This document shows, piece after piece, positions 49,081 to 63,150 of a DNA stretch of 64,000 nt. This stretch comes from Eledone cirrhosa. Taxonomy: Eukaryota. The stretch covers positions 2,604,001 to 2,668,000 of the forward strand of contig OZ024743.1 in the NCBI GenBank assembly GCA_964016885.1. Reading direction: 5' to 3'. The notes below the pieces were generated by a model. That model did not search any database, was not told the DNA's origin, and saw only the letters and a list, made by a program, of their open reading frames with translations. How positions within the stretch are numbered: position 1 is the first letter of the stretch; each line of letters starts with the position of its first letter. Made by a program: the position numbers and the translations under genes.

Positions 49081-50024
49081 ATGGACTGCATGCAGGAAAA
49101 ATGTGAAATCAGTAGTCAGCGAAACTGGTCAAAGATGGAACTAGCGGTTTTGATCAAGGGGTGGACCATGGCTGATGGGTCTCCACCAAGCAAAAATATG
49201 GCGGAGAACCTGAAGAGCCATGGGTTTCTGAGGACCCTGGCACAGATAGAGAGAAAGAGAAAAGAAATTGAGAAGGCGTATGTCCTCATAGCGCCTCATA
49301 TGGCGATGCTAAGCCGTGTCCTCAGGGAGGAGAAAACCGAAGGGAGGGATGAGGAGAAGGAGAGGAAAAAGAAGAAGAAAGGGAAAAAGAAAAGGAGAGC
49401 ACAAGCACGGACCTGAAAGAAAATGATATACCCTCCGCTACAGGCAGGGAGGGCAGGCCGGGCAACCAACAAGCTAAGGGCAAAGGTGAAAAGCGAAATC
49501 ACCTTCCGAAGGAGAACCAAGCGCAGAGGGACCAGTGGACAACTGTTCAAAGAAAGAACAGAAAGCACCGAGACACTGGGAGCAAAAAACCCCAAGTAAT
49601 GTGCAAGTTTTTCAAGAACGGGACATGCTGGCATGGAGAGACAGGGATGGGATGCAGATTCGCCCACCCTAGGTCTCAAACGAACTATGCCCATCATACT
49701 CGCGCAACATGCCCCAGCCAAAGCCGAAATAAGCCGCTCCAGAAGTATGCTGATGTCGCGCGTGCTGCACCAACAAGGAGAAGGCACGCACATGCCGACG
49801 AGATACAGATGACAGCAGCAGATCAGAAAAATTTTTTAGTGATGGCAGAGAAGATTGTGGGACAGCTGACCTGGCTGCATCGTCTCCAGAGCCAGGGTCA
49901 TCCACACCAGCACTCGAGACCACCGGAGTTAAGGGACCCAGAGTGGCCGCCGCTGACATCAGACCAGGTGTCATACCGACAGCCATTACTGGCACCCCAA
50001 AAGTCACACCAGTGTTGCTGCTGA
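49081..50024 (+). pseudogene. LINE ORF1: Myb/SANT(trihelix)-like N-terminus, charged linker, CCCH zinc finger; frameshift in the purine run near 49390
   Basis: WSKMELAVLIKGW...MAENLKSHGFLRTLAQIERKRKEIEKAY; [23 protein letters not shown]. Confidence 0.7.
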
Positions 50025-52924
50025 ATGTCAGGGGCCTGGTGAAACTCAGCAACATGAGTAAAATTTCCTACCTGGGAGACTTAGCCATAAGCAATCAAGC
50101 ACTATGCATGACAGTAACCGAAACGCACCTGACAAGCAGTATAGCAGATGCAGAAATACATATACCGAAATATACTGTATTTCGTTCGGACAGGAAGGAG
50201 AGAACTCATGGTGGGGTTGCTCTGTATATCCGTGAAGATGTCACACCAATTGTACTGTTGACACATTCAAACTCAGTCTGTGACACACTGATAATACTTA
50301 TGAAGCAACTACAGACGGTAATATGTGTCACATATCGGCCGCCCGATGCCCCCAGTCATGAGGGTAAATTTGAGGATAGCCTAAGTAGGATAGAAGAGGT
50401 CCTTGACAAACTGGACCAGGGTCTCAACATCCTACTGCTGGGAGACTTCAACCTACCAAAGGTCAAATGGCCTGAGGGCCACCTCCTCCCTGGAATGACG
50501 TCAATAGAACAGAGACAGACGGAATCCCTGCTGGCCCTCACACACAGGCTGTTCATGGAGCAAGCAATACTCCTCCCAACAAGAGGCGAAAATGTCCTGG
50601 ACCTCTGTTTTACAAACAATGAAGTGCTCATCCACAATGTAAAGGTGACACCAACAATTCTCTCGGATCATAACTTAGTAGAGCTAATGATATGTGGTCC
50701 AAGAGAACCAACAGAGACAAAACCACCAAGAAGCTCCGGGACGCTATCCAACCTTAACTTCTACAAGGCTAACTGGAAAAAGATGAAGAGTGAAATCCGG
50801 AAGCAAACATGGAGTGAAAACATCGCCACACAAGACACTAACACACAATTTCAACACTTCATGACAACGATACACACCATATGCAAAAAGTGTGTCCCGG
50901 AGAAAGAGGCAAACAGACACAAAAATCTTATTCCCAGAGATAGGAAAATCCTTATGAGACGTAGAACTAAACTCTCAAACCAGTTGAATAGTCAACAAAA
51001 CCAAAACAAGAAGGAATCCTATTTGAAACGTGCACTACTTGACACCGAGATTGCACTCAAACTTTCACATGAGAATGAGAGGGCAAAGAAAGAGAACAGG
51101 GCCATAGAAAACATTAAAACAAACCCTAAGGCCTTCTTTAAATTTACAAAAGAAACTGCCTCAGTAGACTGCAAGATTGGACCACTCTTCCACACGGACG
51201 GTTCATTAACCGAAAATCCCCAAGAGATATGTGAAATACTGAACGAACAGTACAAAAGTGTCTTCACATGTCCACTGAGGCACATGCAAATAACGAAGCC
51301 AGAGGAGTTCTTTGATGCCACAACACTACATCAAGAAATGGCAACCATCAACCACATAGACATAACGGAGGAGGATGTGGTGTACGCCATTGATGAAATT
51401 AGAACAGACTCGGCTGCTGGACCTGATGGATTCCCAGCAGTTCTCCTAAAAATATGTAAGCGGGCCTTAGCAACTCCACTGAAGATGCTCTTCAGAAGCT
51501 CCTTGCCTAGCGGTGTACTACCCAGGGAGCTGAAGGAAGGCACAATATGCCCTATCCATAAAGGAGGTAGTAGAGCGGAGGCCAAGAACAATAGGCCAGT
51601 CTCCCTGACGTCGCATATCAGTAAGGTCATGGAACGAGTCGTCAGAAAGAAACTAATCACTTTCCTCGAAGAAAATGACCGCCTGACTAGTACGCAACAT
51701 GGCTTCTGCCCAGGAAGAAGCTGCCTTACACAGCTGCTACATCACTACGACTGGGTAGTGAGACAACTACTAGACAGCTCACATGTAGACGTGATATATC
51801 TTGACTTTGCGAAGGCCTTTGACAAGGTCGACCACGGAATGATATGTCACAAACTACACGGACTCGGCATAACTGGAAAAGTAGGTGAGTGGCTGCATGG
51901 CTTCCTAAGGGACAGAAGCCAGGCAGTCGCAGCAAATGGGGCCCTCTCGAGGGAAACACCGATAACAAGTGGGGTGACCCAGGGGACAGTCCTGGGACCA
52001 CTACTGTTTTTGGTGGCTCTCTCGGACATGCCCTCTGTGGTGCATGCAACAACATCCCTCACTAGCTATGCTGATGACACTAAGGTAGCACAGGCAATCA
52101 AAAACCCGGCTGACGCTGCCCTCTTACAGCAGGATCTGGATGCCATATACAGATGGGCGGAAGAAAACAACATGCAGTTTAATGCTGGCAAATTCCAAGC
52201 CCTACAATACAAACCTGCAAACACAAACACAAATATAGCGGAACACAGCTACACAGGACCAGGAGGGACCGATATCCCCATGTCAAAATCGATACGAGAC
52301 CTGGGCATAGACATGAGCGATGATGCATCTTTTTCTTCACACATCATGAAGGTGGCGAGAACATGTAGACGATTCGCTGGCTGGATCTTGAGGACTTTCC
52401 TTACAAGAGATCGAGACACCATGTTGACACTGTGGAGGACTTTTGTCCTAAGCCGCCTGGACTACTGCTCCCAGCTGTGGTCACCCCGTAGTGTCAAACT
52501 AACCACGGAGCTTGAGGCAATCCAGCGAAGCTACACCAAGAGGATTGCCAAGATGAGGGAGACAAGCTACTGGGAGAGGCTAAAGGAACTGAACCTCTAC
52601 TCCTTGGAGCGAAGACGGGAGAGATACGCAGTGATCTACATGTGGAAAATCCTGGAGGGACTAGCACCAAACTTTGGCATTGGGAGCTGGACCAACCGTC
52701 GAACAGGACGTCACTGTGTGGTGCCAAAGGTCCCGTCTTCCACATCTAGAATAAGGAGCAGGTATTGCAATAGCCTGGGATTCAAGGGCCCTCAACTCTT
52801 CAACAGGCTGCCGAGTCATCTGAGAGACTTGCATGACGTGGAGGTGGATGTCTTTAAGAAACATCTCGACACCTTGTTATCCAGGATCCGGATGAGCCCA
52901 CAGCAAGACACGAGGGAAACCTAA
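49943..52924 (+). CDS. LINE ORF2: APE endonuclease + reverse transcriptase (frame open from 49733; 1-nt deletion near the C-terminus)
   Basis: 993-aa ORF with APE and RT motifs ([23 protein letters not shown]). Confidence 0.92.
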   Translation: MAAADIRPGVIPTAITGTPKVTPVLLLNVRGLVKLSNMSKISYLGDLAISNQALCMTVTETHLTSSIADAEIHIPKYTVFRSDRKERTHGGVALYIREDVTPIVLLTHSNSVCDTLIILMKQLQTVICVTYRPPDAPSHEGKFEDSLSRIEEVLDKLDQGLNILLLGDFNLPKVKWPEGHLLPGMTSIEQRQTESLLALTHRLFMEQAILLPTRGENVLDLCFTNNEVLIHNVKVTPTILSDHNLVELMICGPREPTETKPPRSSGTLSNLNFYKANWKKMKSEIRKQTWSENIATQDTNTQFQHFMTTIHTICKKCVPEKEANRHKNLIPRDRKILMRRRTKLSNQLNSQQNQNKKESYLKRALLDTEIALKLSHENERAKKENRAIENIKTNPKAFFKFTKETASVDCKIGPLFHTDGSLTENPQEICEILNEQYKSVFTCPLRHMQITKPEEFFDATTLHQEMATINHIDITEEDVVYAIDEIRTDSAAGPDGFPAVLLKICKRALATPLKMLFRSSLPSGVLPRELKEGTICPIHKGGSRAEAKNNRPVSLTSHISKVMERVVRKKLITFLEENDRLTSTQHGFCPGRSCLTQLLHHYDWVVRQLLDSSHVDVIYLDFAKAFDKVDHGMICHKLHGLGITGKVGEWLHGFLRDRSQAVAANGALSRETPITSGVTQGTVLGPLLFLVALSDMPSVVHATTSLTSYADDTKVAQAIKNPADAALLQQDLDAIYRWAEENNMQFNAGKFQALQYKPANTNTNIAEHSYTGPGGTDIPMSKSIRDLGIDMSDDASFSSHIMKVARTCRRFAGWILRTFLTRDRDTMLTLWRTFVLSRLDYCSQLWSPRSVKLTTELEAIQRSYTKRIAKMRETSYWERLKELNLYSLERRRERYAVIYMWKILEGLAPNFGIGSWTNRRTGRHCVVPKVPSSTSRIRSRYCNSLGFKGPQLFNRLPSHLRDLHDVEVDVFKKHLDTLLSRIRMSPQQDTRET

Positions 52925-53077
52925 GGGCAGCAGCAACAAATTCCCTCCTACACCAGTGGCCAACCTATACAGGCTGGAGATAAAATGTGTAGCAACAAGA
53001 GCGGTGCCCCAGCATGGCCTCAGCCGGATGGCTGAAACAGGTAAAAGAGTAAAAGAGAATATACATATATGTATATA

Positions 53078-53180
<103 letters not shown>

Positions 53181-53209
53181 GTATATATATGTATATATAT
53201 ATATGTATG

Positions 53210-53261
<52 letters not shown>

Positions 53262-53277
53262 AGTATATATATGTATA

Positions 53278-53317
<40 letters not shown>

Positions 53318-53400
53318 TATATATATATATATGTATGTATATAGGTATATATATATATATATGTATGTATATATGTATATATGTATAGATATGTATATAT

Positions 53401-54009
53401 GGTCAGGTCACCAGTTGGTGCTACTGGTAACATGTATCCCAGTACAACCTGTCCCATGGTCGGGTCGTTGGCGACTAAACTGGCAACCCCGCCAAGGTTT
53501 CTTGGTGAGGAGGGTGACTTTGGACATCCTGCAGGACTAAAAACAAAACTTGTCAAAGGGCAAAGGAACTCTTAAGAGTCAATGGCCATCCAAAATCACC
53601 GGGAGAGATGACCCCTTAGCCTTTATCAAGGCAGAATTCTAGGAGAAGGAAAACTCTGATATAACACCTGCAACCCTGATGGTATCCAATGATGTTGACT
53701 TGTTCTTCTTTTTGGTAAATATCATCTTGGTTAAGAGAGTGGGACTGGCTTTGTGCAGTGCCTTTGCTCACTATAAAAGCTTCACGGCACAGGCATTGCT
53801 TTATATCTGGAGATCTCTCTGCACTTGTCATCACAGGGTACCATGGGCCCAGCACTATGTGTCAGTAATTGTCACAAGTGTAGTGTTTGTACCAAAGTTT
53901 TCAAGTCGCTGGCTGGACTAAAAAGTCACACTCGTTCAGCGCATCAGTAGGGGTTCTCCTACATGGATATAAAGTAGTGGCCGTACTCGAAAACGAGTTG
54001 GCAGCCACC
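53401..54009 (+). mobile_element. Family D, full-length copy
   Basis: Colinear with 41007-41614. Confidence 0.88.
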
Positions 54010-55049
<1,040 letters not shown>

Positions 55050-55583
55050 AAAAACATGAGAAGAATTGAGTGCTGGGTGGTTGCACATGGGTTACATATG
55101 AAAAAAATAGTCCTTCATCAGTGATTTTCCAACTTTCATTGGTATTTCATTGCTTTAAAAATCATATACCTCCAGTTGGTGCAAGCAATAGCTAAATAAA
55201 GCTATTGGGACAAGTAATGTAGCGTAAAGCGAGCGAGACAAGTAAACAAACATATAAGGTATAGCAACGGAAAGATAGGAGAAGAAACAAGCACATGATA
55301 TCTATTCAGCTTAAGCTGGGTGAATTTCATGGGCGAGAGAGACAACAGATCGTCCGACGTGAGTAAGGTGTGAGCGAGAAAGGACCCCACACAGGCCAAA
55401 GGAGAGAAGCAGAGAGTGAGTGAGTGGAAGTGCGAGAGAAAGTTTGACTGACAGAGGGGGTGAAAGAAGGTGAGAGATACAGAGAGAGGGGGGAAGCAGT
55501 AAGAGAGAAACAGAGAAACGCAGCTGGGGAAAATATATATAAAAACATAAGAAGAATTGAGAGCTGCGTGGTTGCAAGTGGGT

Positions 55584-55590
<7 letters not shown>
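55050..55590 (-). repeat. Unclassified ~540-bp repeat with ~50-bp terminal direct repeats
   Basis: AAAACATRAGAAGAATTGAG..GTGGTTGCA..GGGTTACATAT at both ends; related pieces at 37510 and 38912. Confidence 0.6.
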
Positions 55591-55644
<54 letters not shown>

Positions 55645-55646
55645 TT

Positions 55647-55962
55647 CATCATCATCATTTCATTTTACGTCTGCTTTTTCCCTGCTTGCAAGGGTGAGAC
55701 GGGAACTGATTCTGGCTTGATTTCTACAGCTGGATGCCCTTCCTAACACCAACCTCATTCAGAGTGAATGCTGGGTGCTTTTTTGCCGTGGCGCCTACAC
55801 GACCACTTTGCATTGGAATGATAGTCCCTATCATCCCATTTCTACAGCTGAGTAAACTGGAGCAATGTGAAATAGAGTGTCTTGCTCAAGGAAACAACAC
55901 ATCACCCGGTCTGAGAATTGAAATCACAACCTTTCGATTGCAGGGGCAATGCTCTAACCACT
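55647..55962 (-). mobile_element. tRNA-derived SINE (copy 3, 5' tip missing)
   Basis: Same body and tail as 8991-9321. Confidence 0.88.
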
Positions 55963-56001
55963 ATATATATATATATATATGTACATATATATATATATAT
56001 G

Positions 56002-56042
<41 letters not shown>

Positions 56043-56185
56043 GCATATGTATATATATATGTTTATGTATATATATATATGTTTATGTATATATATATGT
56101 TTATGTATATATATAAATGTGTGTATATATTATATATATATGTATATGTATATATGTATATGTATGTATATGTATATGTATGTAT

Positions 56186-56217
<32 letters not shown>

Positions 56218-56246
56218 GTATATGTATGTATATGTATATATATATG

Positions 56247-56286
<40 letters not shown>

Positions 56287-56321
56287 TAAATGTGTGTATA
56301 TATGTATATATATATATATAA

Positions 56322-56352
<31 letters not shown>

Positions 56353-56379
56353 GTGTGTATATATATATGTGTATATATT

Positions 56380-56749
56380 ACGGGGGTGTATTTTGTTAGA
56401 GATGCCTACTGACTGTAGTAGGGTTTACTATGTATTTAGGTAAGGCGGGTCTTCTCTATTATTAAGTACCGCCAAAGGTCTCGGTCCAGTGACATTGTCT
56501 TGGAGAGGTATAAGTGTGTGAGGTCGGAGTTTATCAGCTCGTCCCAGGTTTTTCTGGGTCTGCCTATTCCGTGGCTACCGTCTATCTTTATTGCCCTGCA
56601 CTTTGTTATACAGCTATCGACTTTCATGCGCATCACGTGTCCGTACCAACGTAGCCTTCTCTCGAGTAAACAACATCTGACCCCTCTTATTTCTAATTTT
56701 TTCCTTAGTTCGTTTATGCTTTGCCGTTCACGTATATTACTATTACACC
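56380..56749 (-). mobile_element. RTE family B internal fragment
   Basis: ORF end IIEKTRLT; both ends cut at TA repeat. Confidence 0.88.
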
Positions 56750-56752
56750 TCG

Positions 56753-56783
<31 letters not shown>

Positions 56784-56803
56784 GTGTATATGTATATATA
56801 TAT

Positions 56804-57144
56804 CATCATCATCATCATCATCACCGTTTTACGTCCGTTCTTCCACGCTAGCATGGGTTAGACGGGTTGTCCTGTTGTGGGCAGTGTCTGGTCGGCTGAC
56901 CATGCCTTGCTCATACAGGAACTGATCTGGCTTGATTTCTACAGCTGGATGCCCTATTTTTATGCAGCTGTCATCCTTCATACGCATCACATGTCCATAC
57001 CAGCGTAACCGCCTCTCCTGCACGCAGCATTTGATTCCTCTTATGCTCAGTCTCTCTCTCAATTCCTTTATGCTTTGTCGTTCACGTATATTACTGTTAC
57101 ACATCCATCGGAGCATGCAGGCTTCCTTTCTCTCTAATCTACGT
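56804..57144 (-). mobile_element. RTE family A 3' fragment with internal deletion near 56955
   Basis: Tail and UTR joined directly to ORF sequence (GGATGCCCT|ATTTTTATGCAG). Confidence 0.88.
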
Positions 57145-57179
57145 ATGTATATATATATATGTATATATATGTATATATG

Positions 57180-57210
<31 letters not shown>

Positions 57211-57338
57211 GTGTATATGTATATATATATGTGTATATATATATGTATATGTATGTATATATGTATATATATGTATGTATATGTATATATATATGTATGT
57301 ATATGTATATATATATGTATGTATATGTATATATATAT

Positions 57339-60300
57339 GTGTGGGCTGGGTGCTTTTTTGCCGTGGCACCTCCACGACCACCTTGCGGTGTGGGGGGCAT
57401 ATTGTTTATATGCTTCAGCATGTACCCATGGGAGGTCGGGTACTCTGTATTACTGCGTGACGCCAGAAGTCACGGTCGTGTGTCATTGTCTTTGAGAGGT
57501 GTAGTTGGGTAAGGTCGGCTTTTATCACCTCATCCCAGGTCATCTTGGGTCTCCCCACACCGCGGTTTCCATCAACTTCTAGTGCTCTGCACCTTTTTAT
57601 GCAGCTGTCATCCTTCATACGCATCACATGTCCATACCAGCGCAACCGCCTCTCCTGCACACAGCATTTGATTCCTCTTATGCTCAGTCTGTCTCTCAAT
57701 TCATTTATGCTTTGTCGTTCACGTATATTACTGTTACACATCCACCGGAGCATGCAGGCTTTGTTTCTCTCTAATCTACGTAAGTCTTCAACCTTCAGCG
57801 CCCAGGTCTCACTACCATGCAACGTCACTGTTCGGATACACGCATCATACAGTCTGCCTTTCATTCTGAGGGAGAAGCCTTTTGCTGCTAGCAGTGGTAG
57901 TAGTTCCCTAAACTTCTTCCATCCCGTTCTTACCCTAGTTATTGTACTTTCTGAACACCCACCTCCGTTGAAAATTCGGTCACCTAGGTAGCAGAAGCTG
58001 TCTACTGTTTCTACAGGGCCCTCCCAGAGATTGGTGGTACTTGTTTCCTGTGGCTGTTTGCTGCATGTGAATCCTACATTCTTAATTAAGCTTCCTGAGA
58101 TCCCGCTACATCTCTTGTGTACCCATTGTTTGCATTTGGGGCAGAGAATGGAGTTCCTACCTACACCTTTCCTACATACTGAGCAAGGCCATTTCCCTGG
58201 GGGGATCTGGGTTCTGTTTTCTCGTCTACTTACAAGGACCTGAGTCTTTGTCATGTTGACTTTGAGACCCTTTCTCTCTAGTCCCTGCTTCCAGGTTTGG
58301 AATTTATTCTCTAGTTCTATCATAGATTCAGCTATGAGTGCGAGGTCATCAGCATACAGGGTTCCCATGGGCATCCGGTCTTAAATTCCTCCGTTATTGC
58401 CTGCAGGACTATGATGAACAGGAGGGGTCTAAGAACAGAGCCCTGGTGGACCCCAACCTGTACGCTAAATTCCTCGCTATACTCATTGCTAATCCTAACT
58501 TTGCTGACTGCTCCCCTATACATGGCTTGTACCGCTTTCACAAGCCATTCATCTACCCTAGTTTTCTAAGAGCCCACCAGATTACAGCACGTGGAACTCT
58601 GTCAAAGGCTTTCACAAGGTCGACAAATGCCAAGTAGAATGGCTTACTTTTAGCTAGGTACTTTTCCTGTAATTGCCTCACAAGGAAGAGGGCATCAGTG
58701 GTGCCTCTTCCTGGTACAAACCCAAATTGCATCTCGTCTATATTCACCCGGTCCCTAATCAGCTGTGCTATAACTCTTTCTGTTACTTTCATGACCTGGT
58801 CCATCAACTTTATACCTCTATAGTTTCCTCTATCTAGTACGTCGCCTTTGCCTTTGTAGCAGTTGACAATGATGCTACTGCACCAATCTTTTGGTATGGC
58901 CCCTTCTAGTATTACCTGGTTAACGATACGTGTGGTTATAGTGTGACCTACAGACCCAGATGCCTTCAGCATCTCGGCAGCTATACCCGATGGACCGGTT
59001 GCCTTCCCTATCTTCATATCTCTGATTGCCTTACTTACTACGCTGCCGCTGACTTGTACTGCTGGTCCCTCTATAGGGTCTACTTGGGGTAGGGTCTCTT
59101 CTTCCCATGTTTCTCCTCATTTAGTAATCTATCATAATGACTCTTCCATGCATCTTTCTTCTCAGCACTTGTGAGGGCAAGCTCACCTTTATCATTCCGG
59201 ATACACTTCTCTCCAATGACATCACAACTATCTCTGACACACTGCCTCGCAATCTTGAATACCTCCTGCTTCTGGTCCTCACGTTGTAAAACATGCTTGA
59301 ATTTTCTATCCTCTGCTTCCCTCCTAGCTAAGTATACTTGTGGCCTAGCTTCCCTCTTGGTCTCTATGTAATGTACCCTGCTCCCCCCGTTCTTCCATTC
59401 TTTCCACGCCTGTCTCTTGGCCCTGACTGCTTCATCTACCTTATTGTTCCACCATCAAGTCACTCTCCTCCTGCTTGAGGTCTTACTCCAGCCACAGACC
59501 TCGTCCGTCGCCTCTAGTAAATTATTTTTTAGGAACTCCCAGTTCTCTTCTACATTAAATGTCTGTATCTGTTCTTCTTTACTGTCGTAGGTGTTGAGTA
59601 AAATATCTTTAAATCTGTTACTGGTTGAGGGGACTTTCAGCTTCCAGATCTTTCTTCTCCAGGTTGGCCTCTGTTTCAGGGCTCGTCTAGTTCTGACCGT
59701 GAGGTCGCTGTCAACTAAGCTATGTTGGGATGTACATTCCTCACTAGGGAAGGCTTTTGTGTTTACGACCGTCCATCTGTCACGTCCTCTGATGAGGATA
59801 AAATCTAACTGACTAGAGTGCTCCCCTGATCTATAGGTGATCAGGTGGTTGTCGGGTTTTTTAAAGTTTGTGTTACATATCGACATGTCATTGGCGTCGC
59901 AGAATTCTAGAAGTCTGAATCCTTCCTCATTCCTTGTGCCAACTCCATGGCCTCCATGTACTCTATTGAAGCCGTCGCAGTGTTTACCTACGTGTCCGTT
60001 AAAATCTCCCGCGATGATTAGGAAGTCCTTGTCGTCTGTTAGAGCAGTAGTGTGTATTAGGGACTCGTAAAACCTATCCTTAAGTTCGTCTGGCAGCCCC
60101 GATTGGGGTGCGTAAGCTGATATTATTGTGGTAATTGTCTTATTCAGGACTAGTCTGAGTTTAATGATTCTTGCATTTACCCTGTACACTGAGATTACTT
60201 TATCTACCCACTTGTCAGCTAATAGTATACCTACACCACCCATCCCATTGTCATTTCCCACCCAGAAAAATTTGTAGCACTGACTTTTTCCTACAAGGAC

Positions 60301-60779
60301 TCTAGCAGACTCTCCTCTCCATCTAGTCTCTTGCAAACAGCATACATCAACTTCCTTTCGCTCTAGCATTTCTACGATTTCTCCTCTCTTCCTTTCATTG
60401 AGCCTACAATGATGGTACCAACTCGGAGTTTTGGGCATTTGTCGACACTCGTAGGGGAGGGTCTCTGGGTTGGCGCTTCACGTGGGTGCTTGGTAGCTCG
60501 CAGATTCATATTTCATCTATTGATTCAGAGTTGCTCAAATGTATTCTCAGCTCATCCATCCATAACGGTGGGAAAATTGAGGGCTAGAAGAACAGTGGTG
60601 GTGGGGTAATGGCAGGGTGTGTTGGGTTGCGCCAGAGGAGGAGAAAGTTAGTTAGGTAGGTAGTAGCAGCAGCAGCAGCGGAAATGGCATGCTGAGGTTT
60701 GATTGGTCGAATAGGCTATGGTGGTGTGTGGGGGTGGGTGGGAGGGAAATTGTGAGGTGGGCACTGATGGCCGCATGGC
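57339..60779 (-). mobile_element. RTE family A, near full length (5' region + APE + RT), frameshifted, 3' tip missing
   Basis: ORFs 59455-60438 (APE: QETRW, SAYAPQ, GDFNGH), 58553-59017, 58332-58541, 57415-58374 (RT). Confidence 0.93.
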
Positions 60780-61022
60780 ATATATACATATATATATATA
60801 TGTATGCATATATGTATGTATATATATATATGTATGTATATGTATGTATATATATATATGTATATGTATGTATATATATATATATATGTATATGTATGTA
60901 TATATATATATATATGTATATGTATGTATATATATATATATATATATGTATATGTATGTATATATATATATATAAATATATATGTATATGTATGTAAATA
61001 TATATATATATATATATGTATG

Positions 61023-61056
<34 letters not shown>

Positions 61057-61193
61057 TGTATGTATATATATATATATGTATGTATATATATATATATGTA
61101 TGTATATATATATATATGTATGTATATATATATATATGTATGTATATATATATATGTATATATGTGTATATATATGTATGTATGTATATATAT

Positions 61194-61801
61194 GTCAGGT
61201 CACCAGTTGGTGCTACTGGTAACATGTATTCCAGTACAACCTGTCTCATGGTCGGGTCGTTGGCGACTAAACTGGCAACCCCACCAAGGTTTCTTGGTGA
61301 GGAGGGTGACTTTGGACATCCTGCAGGACTAAAAACAAAACCTGTCAAAGGGCAAAGGAGCTCTTAAGAGTCAATGGCCATCCAAAATCACCGGGAGAGA
61401 TGACCCCTTAGCCTTTGTCAAGGCAGAATTCTAGGAGAAGGAAAACTCTGATATAACACCTGCGACTCTGATGGTATCCAATGATGTTGACTTGTTCTTC
61501 TTTTTGGTAAATATCATCTTGGTTAAGAGAGTGGGACTGGCTTTGTGCAGTGCCTTTGCTCACTATAAAAGCTTCACAGCACAGGCATTGCTTTATATCT
61601 GGAGATCTCTCTGCACTTGTCGTCACATGGTACCATGGGCCCAGCACTATGTGTCAATAATTGTCACAAGTGTAGTGTTTGTTCCAGAGTTTTCAAGTCG
61701 CTGGCTGGACTAAAAAGTCACACCCGTTCGGCGCATCGGTAGGGGTTCTCCTATATGGATATAAAGTAGTGGCCGTACTCGAAAACGAGTTGGCAGCCAC
61801 C
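61194..61801 (+). mobile_element. Family D, full-length copy
   Basis: Colinear with 41007-41614; C2H2 remnant [22 protein letters not shown]. Confidence 0.88.
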
Positions 61802-62034
61802 ATGTATATATATATATATATATGTGTATATATGTATGTATGTATATATGTATATATATATATATGTATATATGTATATATATATATATGTATATATGTA
61901 TATATATATATATGTATATATATATGTATGTATATATATATATGTATGTATATATGTATGTATATATGTATATATATATATGTATGTATATATGTATATA
62001 TATGTATGTATATATGTATATATATATATGTATG

Positions 62035-62067
<33 letters not shown>

Positions 62068-62148
62068 ATATATATATATATATATAATGTATATATGTGT
62101 ATATATATGTATGTATATATATATAATGTATATATGTGTATATATATG

Positions 62149-62187
<39 letters not shown>

Positions 62188-62347
62188 GTGTATATATATG
62201 TATGTATATATATATATATATAATGTATATATGTGTATATATATGTATGTATATATATATATATATATATGTATATATGTGTATATATATGTATGTATAT
62301 ATATATATATGTGTATATATATGTATGTATATATATATATATATGTG

Positions 62348-62392
<45 letters not shown>

Positions 62393-62393
62393 G

Positions 62394-62424
<31 letters not shown>

Positions 62425-62431
62425 ATATGTG

Positions 62432-62466
<35 letters not shown>

Positions 62467-62490
62467 GTATGTATATATATATATATGTAT
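61802..62490. repeat. (TA)n/TATG array
   Basis: Directly visible. Confidence 0.95.
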
Positions 62491-62775
62491 GTTTGCTATA
62501 CAAAAATGGTTTTTAATGTCATTGCGGACATTAAAACGTTGTTTCTCAGCAGAGATTAAAAACCTTTTTTGTACAGCAAACCGTGTCACTCTTCTTTCCT
62601 GATTTATCATTACTCCAAGTGTTTACAACATAGGAATTACAGCGTACTCGCAACATAACTATAGAAACGCCTTGTTGAGTCAAACTTAGCCAAGCGTTGA
62701 TATCATCCACAACCCGGAGTACTATAACTGGACTACACTTAAGTGGACTACCTATAACAATAATTTATTTCCCTG
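62491..62775 (+). mobile_element. Probable Penelope-like terminal-repeat remnant starting with a short fold-back (62491-62581)
   Basis: GTTTGCTATACAAAAATGGTTTTTAAT / ATTAAAAACCTTTTTTGTACAGCAAAC; downstream GAGTACT motif like the other remnants. Confidence 0.4.
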
Positions 62776-62785
62776 TATATATATG

Positions 62786-62818
<33 letters not shown>

Positions 62819-63150
62819 CATCATCATCATTTCATTTTACGTCCGCTTTTTCCCTGCTTGCAAGGGTGGGACGGGAACTGATTCTGGCTTGATTTCTACA
62901 GCTGGATGCCCTTCCTAACACCAACCTCATTTACAGTGAGTGCTGGGTGCTTTTTTGCCGTGGCACTTCCACTACCACTTTACAGTGGAATGATAGTCCT
63001 TATCATCTCATTTCTACAGCTGAGTAAACTGGAGCAATGTGAAATAAAGGGTCTTGCTCAAGGAAACAACACATCACCCAGTCTGAGAATTGAACTCACA
63101 ACCTTTCGATTGCAGGGCCAATGCTCTAACCACTAAGCCATGTACCTCCA
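62819..63150 (-). mobile_element. tRNA-derived SINE (copy 4)
   Basis: A and B boxes, same body and tail. Confidence 0.9.

Larger units (their letters stand above)
49077..53057 (+). mobile_element. CR1-group LINE family 1, near full length (true 5' end may extend to ~48161)
   Basis: ORF1 (Myb/SANT-like + CCCH) and 993-aa APE-RT ORF2; tail (TAAAAGAG)2. Confidence 0.94.

Noticed and set aside
49360-49416. Second programmed frameshift in the ORF1 purine run
   Set aside because: The two copies need different shifts and there is no canonical heptamer; better explained as indels
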